The position numbers and the translations under genes were made by a program. The notes under the pieces were generated by a model. It was not told the origin of the DNA. It made no database searches and saw only the letters and a list, made by a program, of their open reading frames with translations. A stretch of 64,000 nt of DNA from Amphiscolops sp. MND2022 (Eukaryota), in assembly GCA_964187785.1 (NCBI GenBank), contig OZ076409.1:248001-312000 (forward strand). The letters are read 5' to 3'. Below, piece by piece: positions 1 through 12,974 of this stretch (the first letter of the stretch is position 1; each line of letters begins with the position of its first letter).

Positions 1-904
1 CAATTTACGTGACAGGTTTGTCACACGTTCTAGCTTATAGGAAGCGAAGAACTAGCTTATAGGAAGCTGAGAGTTAAATAAAATAGTTTTAGCCTATATG
101 ACCAGCCAATTACTAGGTCGAAGACAGGATTGTCTTGAGCATAGACTTATAAGAAGTCTTGCGAATCTAAGTAAATTAAGGGTCCTATCTAACCAGCATT
201 CGCTAGGTTTTTGTTCGGACAAGATTGCCGATTGGGCTCGATCCAGAGGTTCGGTGCCGTGTTCTAAGAGTTTTAACCTATTGCAATGGACCAGCAAGTT
301 TGCTAGGTCGAGAGGAAGACAAGTTTGTCTAAAGACTTTGAAGAAGTCTTGTGAGTCTAAGTGAGTTAAAGGCCTTATTTCAACCAGCAGTTTGCTAGGT
401 TGCTTTTTAGACAAGATTGTCAGAATTCTGTTCAATACTTTATAAGGTTACATGCATTTTACTTTTTAATCAGTTTGTTTTACTTGCAAGTTAGCTGCAG
501 TTATTGAAATGATCTAGACTAGCAGTAGCTAAGTCTTGACGCAATCGCGTACTAAGAGGAAAGTGATCTCCGTCGAGAATTGTTTGGGAGCGTTTAGCTC
601 TAGTTAGTTTTCCCTATGATTTTCATTGGAGAACCTTGTCGGTTGTTTGTCTCTTCAGTCACTAGGACTGGGGGTTGTCTATAAAAGACAGGTAGGAAAA
701 GGGAGCAAAGAAAAAAGAGAAAAATTTTGAGTTGTGAATTTTGAAGTTATTTTCTAAGTTAAAGAAAATAACTAACCTGAAGTTTGAAGCAAAGATTGGG
801 TCGGAGAGATTTGTTCTCGCAAGAGAGAGATTTTTTGAGAGAGATGATTTATAGCAGAGGCGAAGAGGAGAGTCAGAGTGAGAGTGTGCAAGAGATTTAT
901 GCGA

Positions 905-1065
905 GAAAATTATGAATCAATTTGCTAGAGTCCGGCTTTTTATACGAGCCGACCAAACGGTACAACCAATCAAATCGATTGGCGTTTTTTTATTGGATAC
1001 GAAATTATTTCGTCATTATCTCGTCAATATTTTGTCCATAATTGGAATCGCATTCACTATTGGAT
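905..1065 (-). promoter_or_regulatory. Putative Pol II promoter facing left (TATA plus CCAAT cluster)
   Basis: TTTTATA at 938-944 (TATAAAA on minus), with CCAAT/ATTGG boxes near 966, 978, 992, 1041 and 1059. A candidate minus-strand intron lies downstream at 776..679 (CAG|GTTAGT ... TTTTATAG|). Confidence 0.4.
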
Positions 1066-2562
1066 GCAACCGAATAGAAGTCGGCGGGGATTGCATCAGC
1101 TACCGAATATGTTCGGCTAACCGAGTTGGCTGACGCAACTCTTTGTATTTGTCAGGGGAATTAATCCTCTCAAGTGGGGGACTTTGTTCCCACTTGAGAA
1201 TTCTTTTGTTTAAAATTGAGAATTTGGCCGTACAAGTGGCGCCTATTATTCTCTTTTCAGAGATATTTACTGGCACAAGTGGCGTCGCATATTGTCTTTT
1301 CAGGGGAGATAAAAGATAATTGTTTGCACAAGTGGCAAGCGTTTTCTTTTGTAGAGGGGAATTCTCCCTTTCATATGACGCGCAGCTGTAATTTTGTTTA
1401 TCTCTAAAATTCTTTTGAGCGTGCCTGGAGAATTGAAAGGATTTGAGTAAGAGTTCACAAAAATTGAATTAAAAAAATTCTAGCTCCGATTGAATAATTT
1501 TCTAAATATGTTTTTTCAAATATTAAAATGAAGAAAAAGTTGTGTTAAACATAACAAAAAAGAATTGGTAGATATTGTCAGATGTTACAAACCGTTGTTG
1601 GAACTTTTTTTGGCTCAGAATTTTGAATGGTCCGGATATTCTATTTTTAAAGGGGTAATGATTCATCCGCATTATCTTTTTGAGATGATCCTTCTGCAAT
1701 TCGAAAGTACGTCGATTTCCGTCTACGCAGCAACTGTATTTCTGCAGATAGGGGACATCAGCCGCGAGGGCATAAACCACAACATTCACAGAAAGAAAAG
1801 CTTGTGTAATGCCAGCCGACCAGTGTTTCTGTCGAGCGAAGTTTCTCACTGCTTGAATCATTGCTTGAAAAATACAGCCTTTTTCTTCCCTAAAAATTGT
1901 GATTTATTTTCAGTTTTATGTTAACTATGCACGATCCGAAATTTAATTTCTGATGGTATTTGTCAACTTCAAGCAATAAATGTCTTGTTTTGTCCCTTTG
2001 TTTTTACGTTAGCTTACCAAACAGTTACAATTTGGAAATGGTTAGGTTACAATGTCGAGTTTTTGGGTTACATTCGGATCTCCTTAATAAACACCGCCCG
2101 CAGTTTCCATTCTAAATTTGCTACTTGGGAATACGACAATACATGTATCTTTTGCAATGCTCTGAATACCATCATTCCTAATTGAGATGTTGACGAATCA
2201 ACTGCTACTTTGCAACGTAGTGGAATTGGCATTTAAATTCAAAGACGAGTGATTTTTTGATCTGTTCGCTTTCGATGCAAACAATGTATACGTTTAGCAG
2301 TACCACCATATTAAGACTCGCGTGCAGGGTTAACCAGAGTAGTGAGAGACTACGAAAAAGTATGAATCCAATATGTTTGAAAGCAAATACACACATTGTG
2401 TTCATCAGATTTTTGGAGGAAGTTGCTGAGCCGAAAAACAGCAGAAACTGTTGGATTGAATGTCCTTCTGAGAAATTACGTCATCTTATATTCGTGTTTG
2501 AGTGTCTTCACTGGATTCTTTCAGTCTTAAGTACACTACTCATAGAAAACAAATTTGATTTT

Positions 2563-3254
2563 TAGTCGGCGCTTTTCTTAAGAGAAGAGTCGACTATAGT
2601 AATCGCTTTTCGTAAGTTTTTTTTGCGATACACCTGAAGTGACCAAAATAGTAGTACCAAAAGTTCTGCAAAATTTATTTTAACGCTCCAAAGTGTACCT
2701 GTTCGCCGAGGAAACTGAACCAAAACGGCTTATCCTTTTTTCCGCGTAACATGCAATACCGGAAGAGACTAAAGGGTTCCACCTTTGAGATTTTTCGGCA
2801 TTGTGAGACCAATTTTTTCGGAAAAAAATTATACCCAAAGGGTTTCCTTCCATTTTTTCGGTGTTTTGCGACCGAATGGATGTTAAAAAATTGCAAAGGG
2901 TCCCCTTTTCAGTTTTTTCGGCATTGTGAGACCTTATTTGAAATCATTTCCCCAAAAGGCCCCCCTTCAATTTTTGATGTTTTGCGACAAAATGGATGTT
3001 GAAAAATCCCCCATTTCAGTTTGTTTCAGCATTGTGAGACTTTTTTTCCTGAAACATTTCCCCAAAGGTTCGCCCTCCAATTTTTTGATGTTTTGTAACA
3101 ATGGACACTTAAAGATCCAAAACAGTCCCCCTTTTAGCTCGCCAGGGGCCCGCGCTAGCGTGCACCTGGCGCGCCAGTTCGGTCGTCTGGGTTTTTCCAA
3201 AGTGCCATTTTTTGCCGTTTTGAGCCTTAGATATATCGCCGTTTCCGGCTTGTT
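2563..3254 (+). mobile_element. Non-autonomous Helentron/DINE-1-like element, copy A
   Basis: Starts TTAGTCGGCGCTTTTCTTAAGAGAAGAGTCGACTA (imperfect hairpin), has internal TTTTCGGCATTGTGAGAC repeats, and ends GAGCCTTAGATAT..CCGGCTTGTT. Same ends as the reverse copy at 20893-21229. Confidence 0.6.
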
Positions 3255-4319
3255 AAAGCTTGTCGTTACTAGACAGGCAACTTAGGTTTTATTGTTTTTT
3301 TTGCATTGCGTGACTTTTTTCAAATTTTCTTGATGTAGCCAAGGGGTTCCCCTCTTTGGTTATTTAGATTTTCTGCAACAAACTGGATGTCGCGATTTTC
3401 AGCACCATGAGACTTTTTCCGAGAAGTTTTCTCACCCTTTGGAACATGGGTTTTCTCAATAATTGTAGAAAAAACCTAAGGTTTTTTCGACACTGTGCAA
3501 TTTTTTCGATTTGATTTTCGTTTGGTCGTAGGGTACCAAACCCTTCAGTAGTAAAAGTACGCGGCATTATAGGTGGGGGGGGGTTGAGTGAGTAACCAAA
3601 CATGGCCATAACGCGAACTCCAAATGACGTCATGATGGCGACACAATGACGTAACCGAAGGTCAAAAAATACTCACTCACGGAGAGCCGACTAGAAACCG
3701 AAACAAATATACACAACCTTGAAAAATCCGAGCCCGGAAATTTTTTTTGTTTCTATTTCAGGCAATGAAAGGAAATTTCCTTACCTTTGCGTGCTGGAAA
3801 GTAATAAAAAATGGAAGGAGCAGTTTGTTAGGAATGGAAATTGCGGCCGTGATAAAAGGAAACAGGATCAATAAAAGGTGCTTTCATCTACCAACGTTGA
3901 AATGAATGTGCTTCTACTTACTTCCTTTTGATGCTAGTGACCTTTATTGATGCGTGATTTCCATGGATAAAATTTCCCTGAAGTTACCTTCATTTGCGTA
4001 ATGGATAACATTCTTTATCATTCCAACCATCAACCGCCAAAAATATCTCCACCTTTACACAACGCCATATTTTCACACCGAGTAACATGGAAATGTGACC
4101 TGTAAATTGTGAAAATTGCTAAAGAAATTGACGAAAAAAGATGATGAAATGCTGTAAAAAGTATACTTTTTCTCATGTATAGAAGACTGAAAGAGTTTTC
4201 ACAGTGTTGAATAACGAAGTGCCGGACACGAAATAAGGGCATATTTTTTTACAAATGCGCAGAGTAGCCCCTGAAATAGCTACTATTTTCTACTAGGATC
4301 TCTACAGAGATCCTATAGT

Positions 4320-7300
4320 AATATACCGTATTTCGAAATATAGATCGAATATAAGTTCTACGCGACTGTGTTCATTGAATCTTAGCTACTTTAGCCCTAC
4401 AGTATTGTACTGTATATTGAAATATAGATCGAAGATAAGTCCTACACTACTATGTTCATCGAATCTTAGCTACTTAGACATATAGTATTGTACTGTATAA
4501 TGAAAGATAGATCCAATATAAGTCGTATACGCCTATGTTCATTGAATCTTAGCTACTTTAGACTTATAGTATTGTACTGTATATAGAAAGATCGATCAAA
4601 TAAAAGTCCTTTACAGCTGTGTTCATCGAATCTTAGCTACCTTAGACATATAGTATTGTAATGTATTTCGACTGATAGATCTAATATAAGTCCTATACGC
4701 CTATTGTCATTGATTCTTAGCTAATTTAAACTTATAGTATGGTACTGTATATAGAAAGACAGATCGAATATAAAACACATACGACCCTGTTCATCGAATC
4801 TTACCTACTTTAGACCTATAGTACGGTACTGTATGTTGAAAGATTGTTCAAATATAAAAGCTATACGATCTTGTTAATTGAATCTTAGCTACTTTAGACC
4901 TATAGTATTGTACTGTATAATGAAAAATAGATCGAATATATGTCGTTAACAGCTGTGTTCGTCGAATCTTAGCTACCTTAGACGTATAGTATTGTACTGT
5001 ATATTGACCGATAGATCCAATAAAATTTCTATACGCCTATGTTCAATGAATTTTAGAAACTTTAAACTTACAGTATGGTACTGTATATAGAAAGATAGAT
5101 CGAATATAAAACATATACGACACTGTTCATCGAATCTCCGCTACTTTAGACCTATAGTATGGTACGGTATATTGGAAGATAGATCAATTATAAGTCCTTT
5201 ACAGCTGTGTTCAACGAATCTTAACTACTTTAGTCCTAAAGTAAGGTTCTGTAATTTGAAAGATAGATCAAATATGAGTCCTATACAACTATGTTTAATA
5301 AATCTTAGCTACTTCAGACCTATCTTACAGTACTCTATATCGAAAGATAGATCAAATATGAGTCCTATACGACCGTTTTCATCGAATCTTACCTACTTTA
5401 GACGTAAAGTATTGTACTTTATATAGAATGATAGATCCAATATAAGTCCTATACGTCTATGTTCATTTAATCTTAGCTACTTCAGACTTATAGTATGGAA
5501 CTGTATATTGAAAGATAGATCAAATATAAAACATATACGACCCTGTTCATTGAATCTTAGCAACTTTAGACCTATATTATGATACTGTATATTGAAAGAT
5601 TGATCGCTTATAAAAGCTATAAGATCGTGTTAATTGAATCTTAGCTACATTAATCCTATAGTATGGTACTGTAAAATGAAATACAGATCAAATATGGGTC
5701 CTATACAACTTTGTTCATTGATTCGTAGCTACTTTAGAGCTATATCATGGTACTGTATATTGAAAGATCGATCGAATATAAAACCTATACGATGGTGTTA
5801 ATTGAATCTTAGCTACTTTAGACCTATAGTTTTGTACTGTATTTTGAAAAATAGATCGAATACAAGTTCTTTACAGCTGAGTTCAATGAATCTTAGCTAC
5901 CTTAATCCTAGAGTATGGTACTGTGAAAGGAAAGATAGATCGAATATGAGTCCTATACAACTTTGTTCATAAAATCTTAGCTACTTTAGACCTTTAGTAT
6001 GGTACTGTATATTGAAAGATAGATCAAATATGAGTCCTATACGACCGTTTTCATCGAATCTTACCTACCTTAGACGTAAAATATTGTACTCTATATTGAA
6101 TGATAGATCCAATATAAGTCCTATACGTCTATGTTCATTGAATCTTAGCTACTTCAGACTTATAGTATGGTACTGTATATTGAAAAATAGATCAAATATA
6201 AAACATATACAACCCTGTTCATCGAATCTTAGCTACTTTAGACCTATTATATGGTACTGTATATTGAAAGATTGATCGCCTATAAAAGCTATACGATCGT
6301 GTTAATTGAATCTTAGCTACATTAATCCTATAGTATGGTACTGTAAAATGAAATATAGATCGAATATGAGTCCTATACAACTTTGTTCATTAAATTGTAG
6401 CTACATTAGAGCTATATTATGGTCGAATCTTGTAAAATCTATATAGATCGAATATGAGTCCTAAACAACTTTGTTCATTAAATTGTAGCTACTTTAGAGC
6501 TTTATTATGGTACTGTATATTGAAAGATCGATCGAATATAAAACCTACACGATGGTGTTAATTGAATCTTAGCTACTTTAGACCTATAGTTTTGTACTGT
6601 ATATTGAAAGATAGATCGAATACACTTTCTTTACAGCTGTGTTCAATGAATCTTAGCTACTTTAATACATAGTATGGTACTGTAAATTGAAAGATAGATC
6701 AAAGATAACTCCTATACAACTTTGTTCATAAAACCTTAGCTACTTTAGACCTTTAGTATGGTACTGTATATTGAAAGATTGATCGAGTATAAAACCTATA
6801 AGATTGTGGTAATTGAATCTTTGCTACTTTAGACCTACAGAATGGGACTGTATATCGAAAGATATATCAAATATAAGTCCCAAACGACCGTTTTTATTGA
6901 ATCTTACCTACCTTAGACGTAAAGTATTGTACGCTATATAGAATGATAGATCCAATAGAAGTCCTATATGTCTATGTTCATTGATTCTTAGCTCTTTTAG
7001 ACTTACAGTATGCTACTGTATTTTAAAAGATAGATCGAATATAAAACATATACGACCCTGTTCATCGAATCTTAGCTACTTTAGACCTATTTTATGGTAC
7101 TGTATGTTAAAAGATTGATCGAATATAAAAGCTATACGATCGTGTTAATTGAATCTTAGCTACTTTAGACCTATAGTATTGTACTGTATTTTGAAAGAAA
7201 TACTGAATATAAGTCTTATACGGCCGTGTTCATTGAAATTTAGCTACCCTACTCCTATAATTTGGTGATGTATAATGAAAGATAGATCAAACATAAGTCC

Positions 7301-7495
7301 TCTACGGCTGTGTTCATTGAATCGTAGCTACTTTAGAGCAATAGTATGGTACTGTATATGGAAAGGATGATCAAATATGAAACCCATACGATCGTATAGG
7401 GGTATTATAGACCTATAGTATTGTACTGTATAATGAAAGACAGATCGAAGACAAGGCCTATACGAAAGTGTTCATCGAATCTCAGCTTCTTTAGT
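4320..7495 (+). repeat. 84-bp tandem satellite, left arm
   Basis: GAATCTTAGCTAC recurs at 4377, 4461, 4544, 4628 and onward. A higher-order offset of 672 bp (8 monomers) separates the blocks at ~5343 and ~6015. Confidence 0.95.
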
Positions 7496-7638
7496 ATTGA
7501 CTGCATAGCTCAGATGAAAACCGTTTGAAATGGTCAAAATCCGAATTATTGAATCAAAAAAGTCAGGTCATCGTGAAGGTAAAAAAACATTTTTGCGGAA
7601 AAAACGGTTCAATTGTTTCATTCAAAATATGGGTTTGT

Positions 7639-10600
7639 ATCGTATGGGTTTCATGTTTGATCATCCTTTCCATATACAGTACCATACTATTGCTCTAAAG
7701 TAGCTACGATTCAATGAACACAGCCGTAGAGGACTTATGTTTGATCTATCTTTCATTATACATCACCAAATTATAGGAGTAGGGTAGCTAAATTTCAATG
7801 AACACGGCCGTATAAGACTTATATTCGGTATTTCTTTCAAAATACAGTACAATACTATAGGTCTAAAGCAGCTAAGATTCAATTAACACGATCGTATAGC
7901 TTTTATATTCGATCAATATTTTAACATACAGTACCATAAAATAGGTCTAAAGTAGCTAAGATTCGATGAACAGGGTCGTATATGTTTTATATTCGATCTG
8001 TCTTTTAAAATACAGTAGCATACTGTAAGTCTAAAAGAGCTAAGAATCAATGAACATAGACATATAGGACTTCTATTGGATCTATCATTCTATATAGCGT
8101 ACAATACTTTACGTCTAAGGTAGGTGAGATTCAATAAAAACGGTCGTTTGGGACTTATATTTGATATATCTTTCGATATACAGTCCCATTCTGTAGGTCT
8201 AAAGTAGCAAAGATTCAATTAACACAATCTTATAGGTTTTATACTCGATCAATCTTTCAATATACAGTACCATACTAAAGGTCTAAAGTAGCTAAGGTTT
8301 TATGAACAAAGTTGTATAGGAGTTATCTTTGATCTATCTTTCAATTTACAGTACCATACTATGGATTAAAGTAGCTAAGATTCATCGAACACAGCTGTAA
8401 AGAAATTGTATTCGATCTATCTTTCAATATACAGTACAAAACAATAGGTCTAAAGTAGCTAAGATTCAATTAACAGCATCGTATAGGTTTTATATTCGAT
8501 CGATCTTTCAATATACAGTACCATAAGATAGCTCTAAAGTAGCTAAAATTTATTGAACAAAGTTGTATAGGACTCATATTTGATCTATATTTCATTTTAC
8601 AGTACCATACTATAGGAATAATGTTGCTAAGATTCAATTAACACGATCGTATAGCTTTTATAAGCGATCAATCTTTCAATATACAGTACCATAATATAGG
8701 TCTAAAGTAGCTAAGATTCGATGAACAGGGTCGTATATGTTTTATATTTGATCTATCTTTCAATATACAGTACCATACTAAAAGTCTGAAGTAGCTAAGA
8801 TTCAATGAACATAGACGTATAGGACTTATATTGGATCTATCATTCTATATAGAGTACAATACTTTACGTCTAAAGTAGGTAAGATTCGATGAAAACGGTC
8901 GTTTGGGACTTATATTTGAAATATCTTTCGGTATACAGTCCCATTCTGTAGGTATAAAGTAGCAAAGATTCAATTAACACGATCGTATAGGTTTTATATT
9001 CGATCAATCTTTCAATATACAGTACCATACTAAAGGTCTAAAGTAGCTAAGGTTTTATGAACAAAGTTGTATAGGAGTTATCTTTGATCTATCTTTCAAT
9101 TTACAGTACCATACTATGTATTAAAGTAGCTAAGATTCATTGAACACAGCTGTAAAGAAAGTGTATTCGATCTATCTTTCAATATACAGTACAAAACTAT
9201 AGGTCTAAAGTAGCTAAGATTCAATTAACACCATCGTGTAGGTTTTATATTCGATCGATCTTTCAATATACAGTACCATAATGAAGCTCTAAAGTAGCTA
9301 CAATTTAATGAACAAAGTTGTTTAGGACTCATATTCGATCTATATAGATTTTACAAGATTCGACCATAATATAGCTCTAATGTAGCTACAATTTAATGAA
9401 CAAAGTTGTATAGGACTCATATTCGATCTATATTTCATTTTACAGTACCATACTATAGGATTAATGTAGCTAAGATTCAATTAACACGATCGTATAGCTT
9501 TTATAGGCGATCAATCTTTCAATATACAGTACCATATAATAGGTCTAAAGTAGCTAAGATTCGATGAACAGGGTTGTATATGTTTTATATTTGATCTATT
9601 TTTCAATATACAGTACCATACTATAAGTCTGAAGTAGCTAAGATTCAATGAACATAGACGTATAGGACTTGTATTGGATCTATCATTCAATATAGAGTAC
9701 AATATTTTACGTCTAAGGTAGGTAAGATTCGATGAAAACGGTCGTATAGGACTCAAATTTGATCTATCTTTCAATATACAGTACCATACTAAAGGTCTAA
9801 AGTAGCTAAGATTTTATGAACAAAGTTGTATAGGACTCATATTCGATCTATCTTTCCTTTCACAGTACCATACTCTAGGATTAAAGTAGCTAAGATTCAT
9901 TGAACTCAGCTGTAAAGAACTTGTATTTGATCTATTTTTCAATATACAGTACAAAACTATAGGTCTAAAGTAGCTAAGATTCAATTAACACCATCGTATA
10001 GGTTTTATATTCGATCGATCTTTCAATATACAGTACCATGATATAGCTCTAAAGTAGCTACGAATCAATGAACAAAGTTGTATAGGACTCATATTTGATC
10101 TATATTTCATTTTACAGTACCATACTATAGGATTAATGGAGCTGAGATTCAATTAACACGATCTTATAGCTTTTATAAGCGATCAATCTTTCAATATACA
10201 GTATCATAATATAGGTCTAAAGTTGCTAAGATTCGATGAACAGGGTCGTATATGTTTTATATTTGATCTATCTTTCAATATACAGTTCCATACTATAAGT
10301 CTGAAGTAGCTAAGATTAAATGAACATAGACGTATAGGACTTATATTGGATCTATCATTCTATATAAAGTACAATACTTTACGTCTAAAGTAGGTAAGAT
10401 TCGATGAAAACGGTCGTATAGGACTCATATTTGATCTATCTTTCGATATAGAGTACTGTAAGATAGGTCTGAAGTAGCTAAGATTTAATAAACATAGTTG
10501 TATAGGACTCATATTTGATCTATCTTTCAAATTACAGAACCTTACTTTAGGACTAAAGTAGTTAAGATTCGTTGAACACAGCTGTAAAGGACTTATAATT

Positions 10601-11466
10601 GATCTATCTTCCAATATACCGTACCATACTATAGGTCTAAAGTAGCGGAGATTCGATGAACAGGGTCGTATATGTTTTATATTCGATCTATCTTTCTATA
10701 TACAGTACCATACTGTAAGTTTAAAGTTTCTAAAATTCATTGAACATAGGCGTATAGAACTTTTATTGGATCTATCGGTCAATATACAGTACAATACTAT
10801 ACGTCTAAGGTAGCTAAGATTCGACGAACACAGCTGTTAACGACATATATTCGATCTATTTTTCATTATACAGTACAATACTATAGGTCTAAAGTAGCTA
10901 AGATTCAATTAACAAGATCGTATAGCTTTTATATTTGAACAATCTTTCAACATACAGTACCGTACTATAGGTCTAAAGTAGGTAAGATTCGATGAACAGG
11001 GTCGTATGTGTTTTATTTTCGATCTGTCTTTCTATATACAGTACCATACTATAAGTTTAAATTAGCTAAGAATCAATGACGATAGGCGTATAGGACTTAT
11101 ATTAGATCTATCAGTCGAAATACATTACAATACCATATGTCTAAGGTAGCTAAGATTCGATGAACACAGCTGTAAAGGACTTTTATTTGATCGATCTTTC
11201 TATATACAGTACAATACTATAAGTCTAAAGTAGCTAAGATTCAATGAACATAGGCGTATACGACTTATTTTGGATCTATCTTTCATTATACAGTACAATA
11301 CTATATGTCTAAGTAGCTAAGATTCGATGAACATGGTAGTGTAGGACTTATCTTCGATCTATATTTCAATATACAGTACAATACTGAAGGGCTAAAGTAG
11401 CTAAGATTCAATGAACACAGTCGCGTAGAACTTATATTCGATCTATATTTCGAAATACGGTATATT
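7639..11466 (-). repeat. 84-bp tandem satellite, right arm (inverted)
   Basis: Reverse complement of the left array (GTAGCTAAGATTC), with an extra ~755-bp (9-monomer) block; compare 8101 and 8856. Confidence 0.95.
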
Positions 11467-12245
11467 ACTATAGGATCTCTGTAGAGATCCTAGTAGAAAA
11501 TAGTAGCTATTTCAGGGGCTACTCTGCGCATTTGTAAAAAAATATGCCCTTATTTCGTGTCCGGCACTTCGTTATTCAACACTGTGAAAACTCTTTCAGT
11601 CTTCTATACATGAGAAAAAGTATACTTTTTACAGCATTTCATCATCTTTTTTCGTCAATTTCTATAGCAATTTTCACAATTTGCAGGTCACATTTCCATG
11701 TTACTCGGTGTGAAAATATGGCGTTGTGTAAAGGTGGAGATATTTTTGGCGGTTGATGGTTGGAATGATAAAGAATGTTATCCATTACGCAAATGAAGGT
11801 AACTTCAGGGAAATTTTATCCATGGAAATCACGCATCAATAAAGGTCACTAGCATCAAAAGGAAGTAAGTAGAAGCACATTCATTTCAACGTTGGTAGAT
11901 GAAAGCACCTTTTATTGATCCTGTTTCCTTTTATCACGGCCGCAATTTCCATTCCTAACAAACTGCTCCTTCCATTTTTTATTACTTTCCAGCACGCAAA
12001 GGTAAGGAAATTTCCTTTCATTGCCTGAAATAGAAACAAAAAAAATTTCCGGGCTCGGATTTTTCAAGGTTGTGTATATTTGTTTCGGTTTCTAGTCGGC
12101 TCTCCGTGAGTGAGTATTTTTTGACCTTCGGTTACGTCATTGTGTCGCCATCATGACGTCATTTGGAGTTCGCGTTATGACCATGTTTGGTTACTCACTC
12201 AACCCCCCCACACCTATAATGCCGCGTACTTTTACTACTCCCTTC

Positions 12246-12509
12246 ACTTTGTCAAATGCTTTCGGCCTGAAAAAAGCGGTCGACGTGCTTAAAGTTTTTC
12301 CGCACTATGAAACTTTTGCTCGAAGAAACTTTTTTGAGAAAAAATATCAACAAATTGATATTTCAGAGAATATGTTTCAAGTTGACAAAAAGCAGTTTTC
12401 GAGTCGTATGAGTAACCCTTCAGGTTATTTTTCGGCATTGTAACTTAGTGTCCCTTCGCATATTTAACCCTGGAGCGGGGCGCCGATTTGGATTGTTACT
12501 GGCTTGTTT
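12246..12509 (+). mobile_element. 3' part of a Helentron-like copy split by the palindromic element (5' part ~3290-3540)
   Basis: Contains TTTTCGGCATTGT and ends GGGGCGCCGATTTGG..GGCTTGTT like the other copies. Confidence 0.45.
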
Positions 12510-12974
12510 ACAAAACTTCGACGTTTAGATAAACATTGACAGGTGCCTCAACCGTTCAAATTTTTTGATAAAACGTTCTAGTTATGAATATCGTCTTTTC
12601 TAGTCGGCACTTTTGTAGAACGAGCAGACTATACTAGTGACGTTCCGTTTATTTCCAAGACCAACGAACTGGCAGATTTTATGAGCTTTAGAGGCTGTTG
12701 CTTACTAACTTGTAACTTTTTTTACCAATCGGTGTAGGGGGAACTCAGTGATCGCGAGTTCGAGTCAATACTTTAGCCCGAAACTTTTCCGTGCAGTTGC
12801 CAAATTGTACAAGACTCATGGGTCCTCATTTGAGTTTTTCGGCTTCGTCATTCTTTTTTTCGAAAACTTTTCAATATCTCCAAAGGGTCACTCCTTCATT
12901 TATTGACATTTTGCAACAAACTAAATTGTCAAAAATCCCAATGGGAAACTGTGGTAGAGTTGTAAATTGACATT

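Larger units (their letters stand above)
3547..12239. mobile_element. Non-coding palindromic element with Polinton/Maverick-type termini
   Basis: Begins AGTAGTAAAAGTACGCGGC and ends GCCGCGTACTTTTACTACT, with a perfect 6-bp TSD CCCTTC (3541-3546 and 12240-12245). Arms 3547-7392 and 7639-12239 are inverted copies; mirrored ORFs appear in the track (4030- and 11544+). Confidence 0.85.

Noticed and set aside
1523..2565. Possible decayed coding sequence (for example a Polinton polymerase)
   Set aside because: No motif I could recognise in the frames examined.
5172..10614. 28-aa-periodic ORFs in the 84-bp satellite as C2H2 zinc-finger or LRR arrays
   Set aside because: No CxxC/HxxxH or LxxLxL pattern, and frequent stops; the periodicity only reflects the monomer length.
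3547..12239. Giant palindrome as a read fold-back assembly artefact
   Set aside because: The flanks are unique with a perfect TSD, and the arms differ by substitutions and by one higher-order block. Read confirmation is still advisable.
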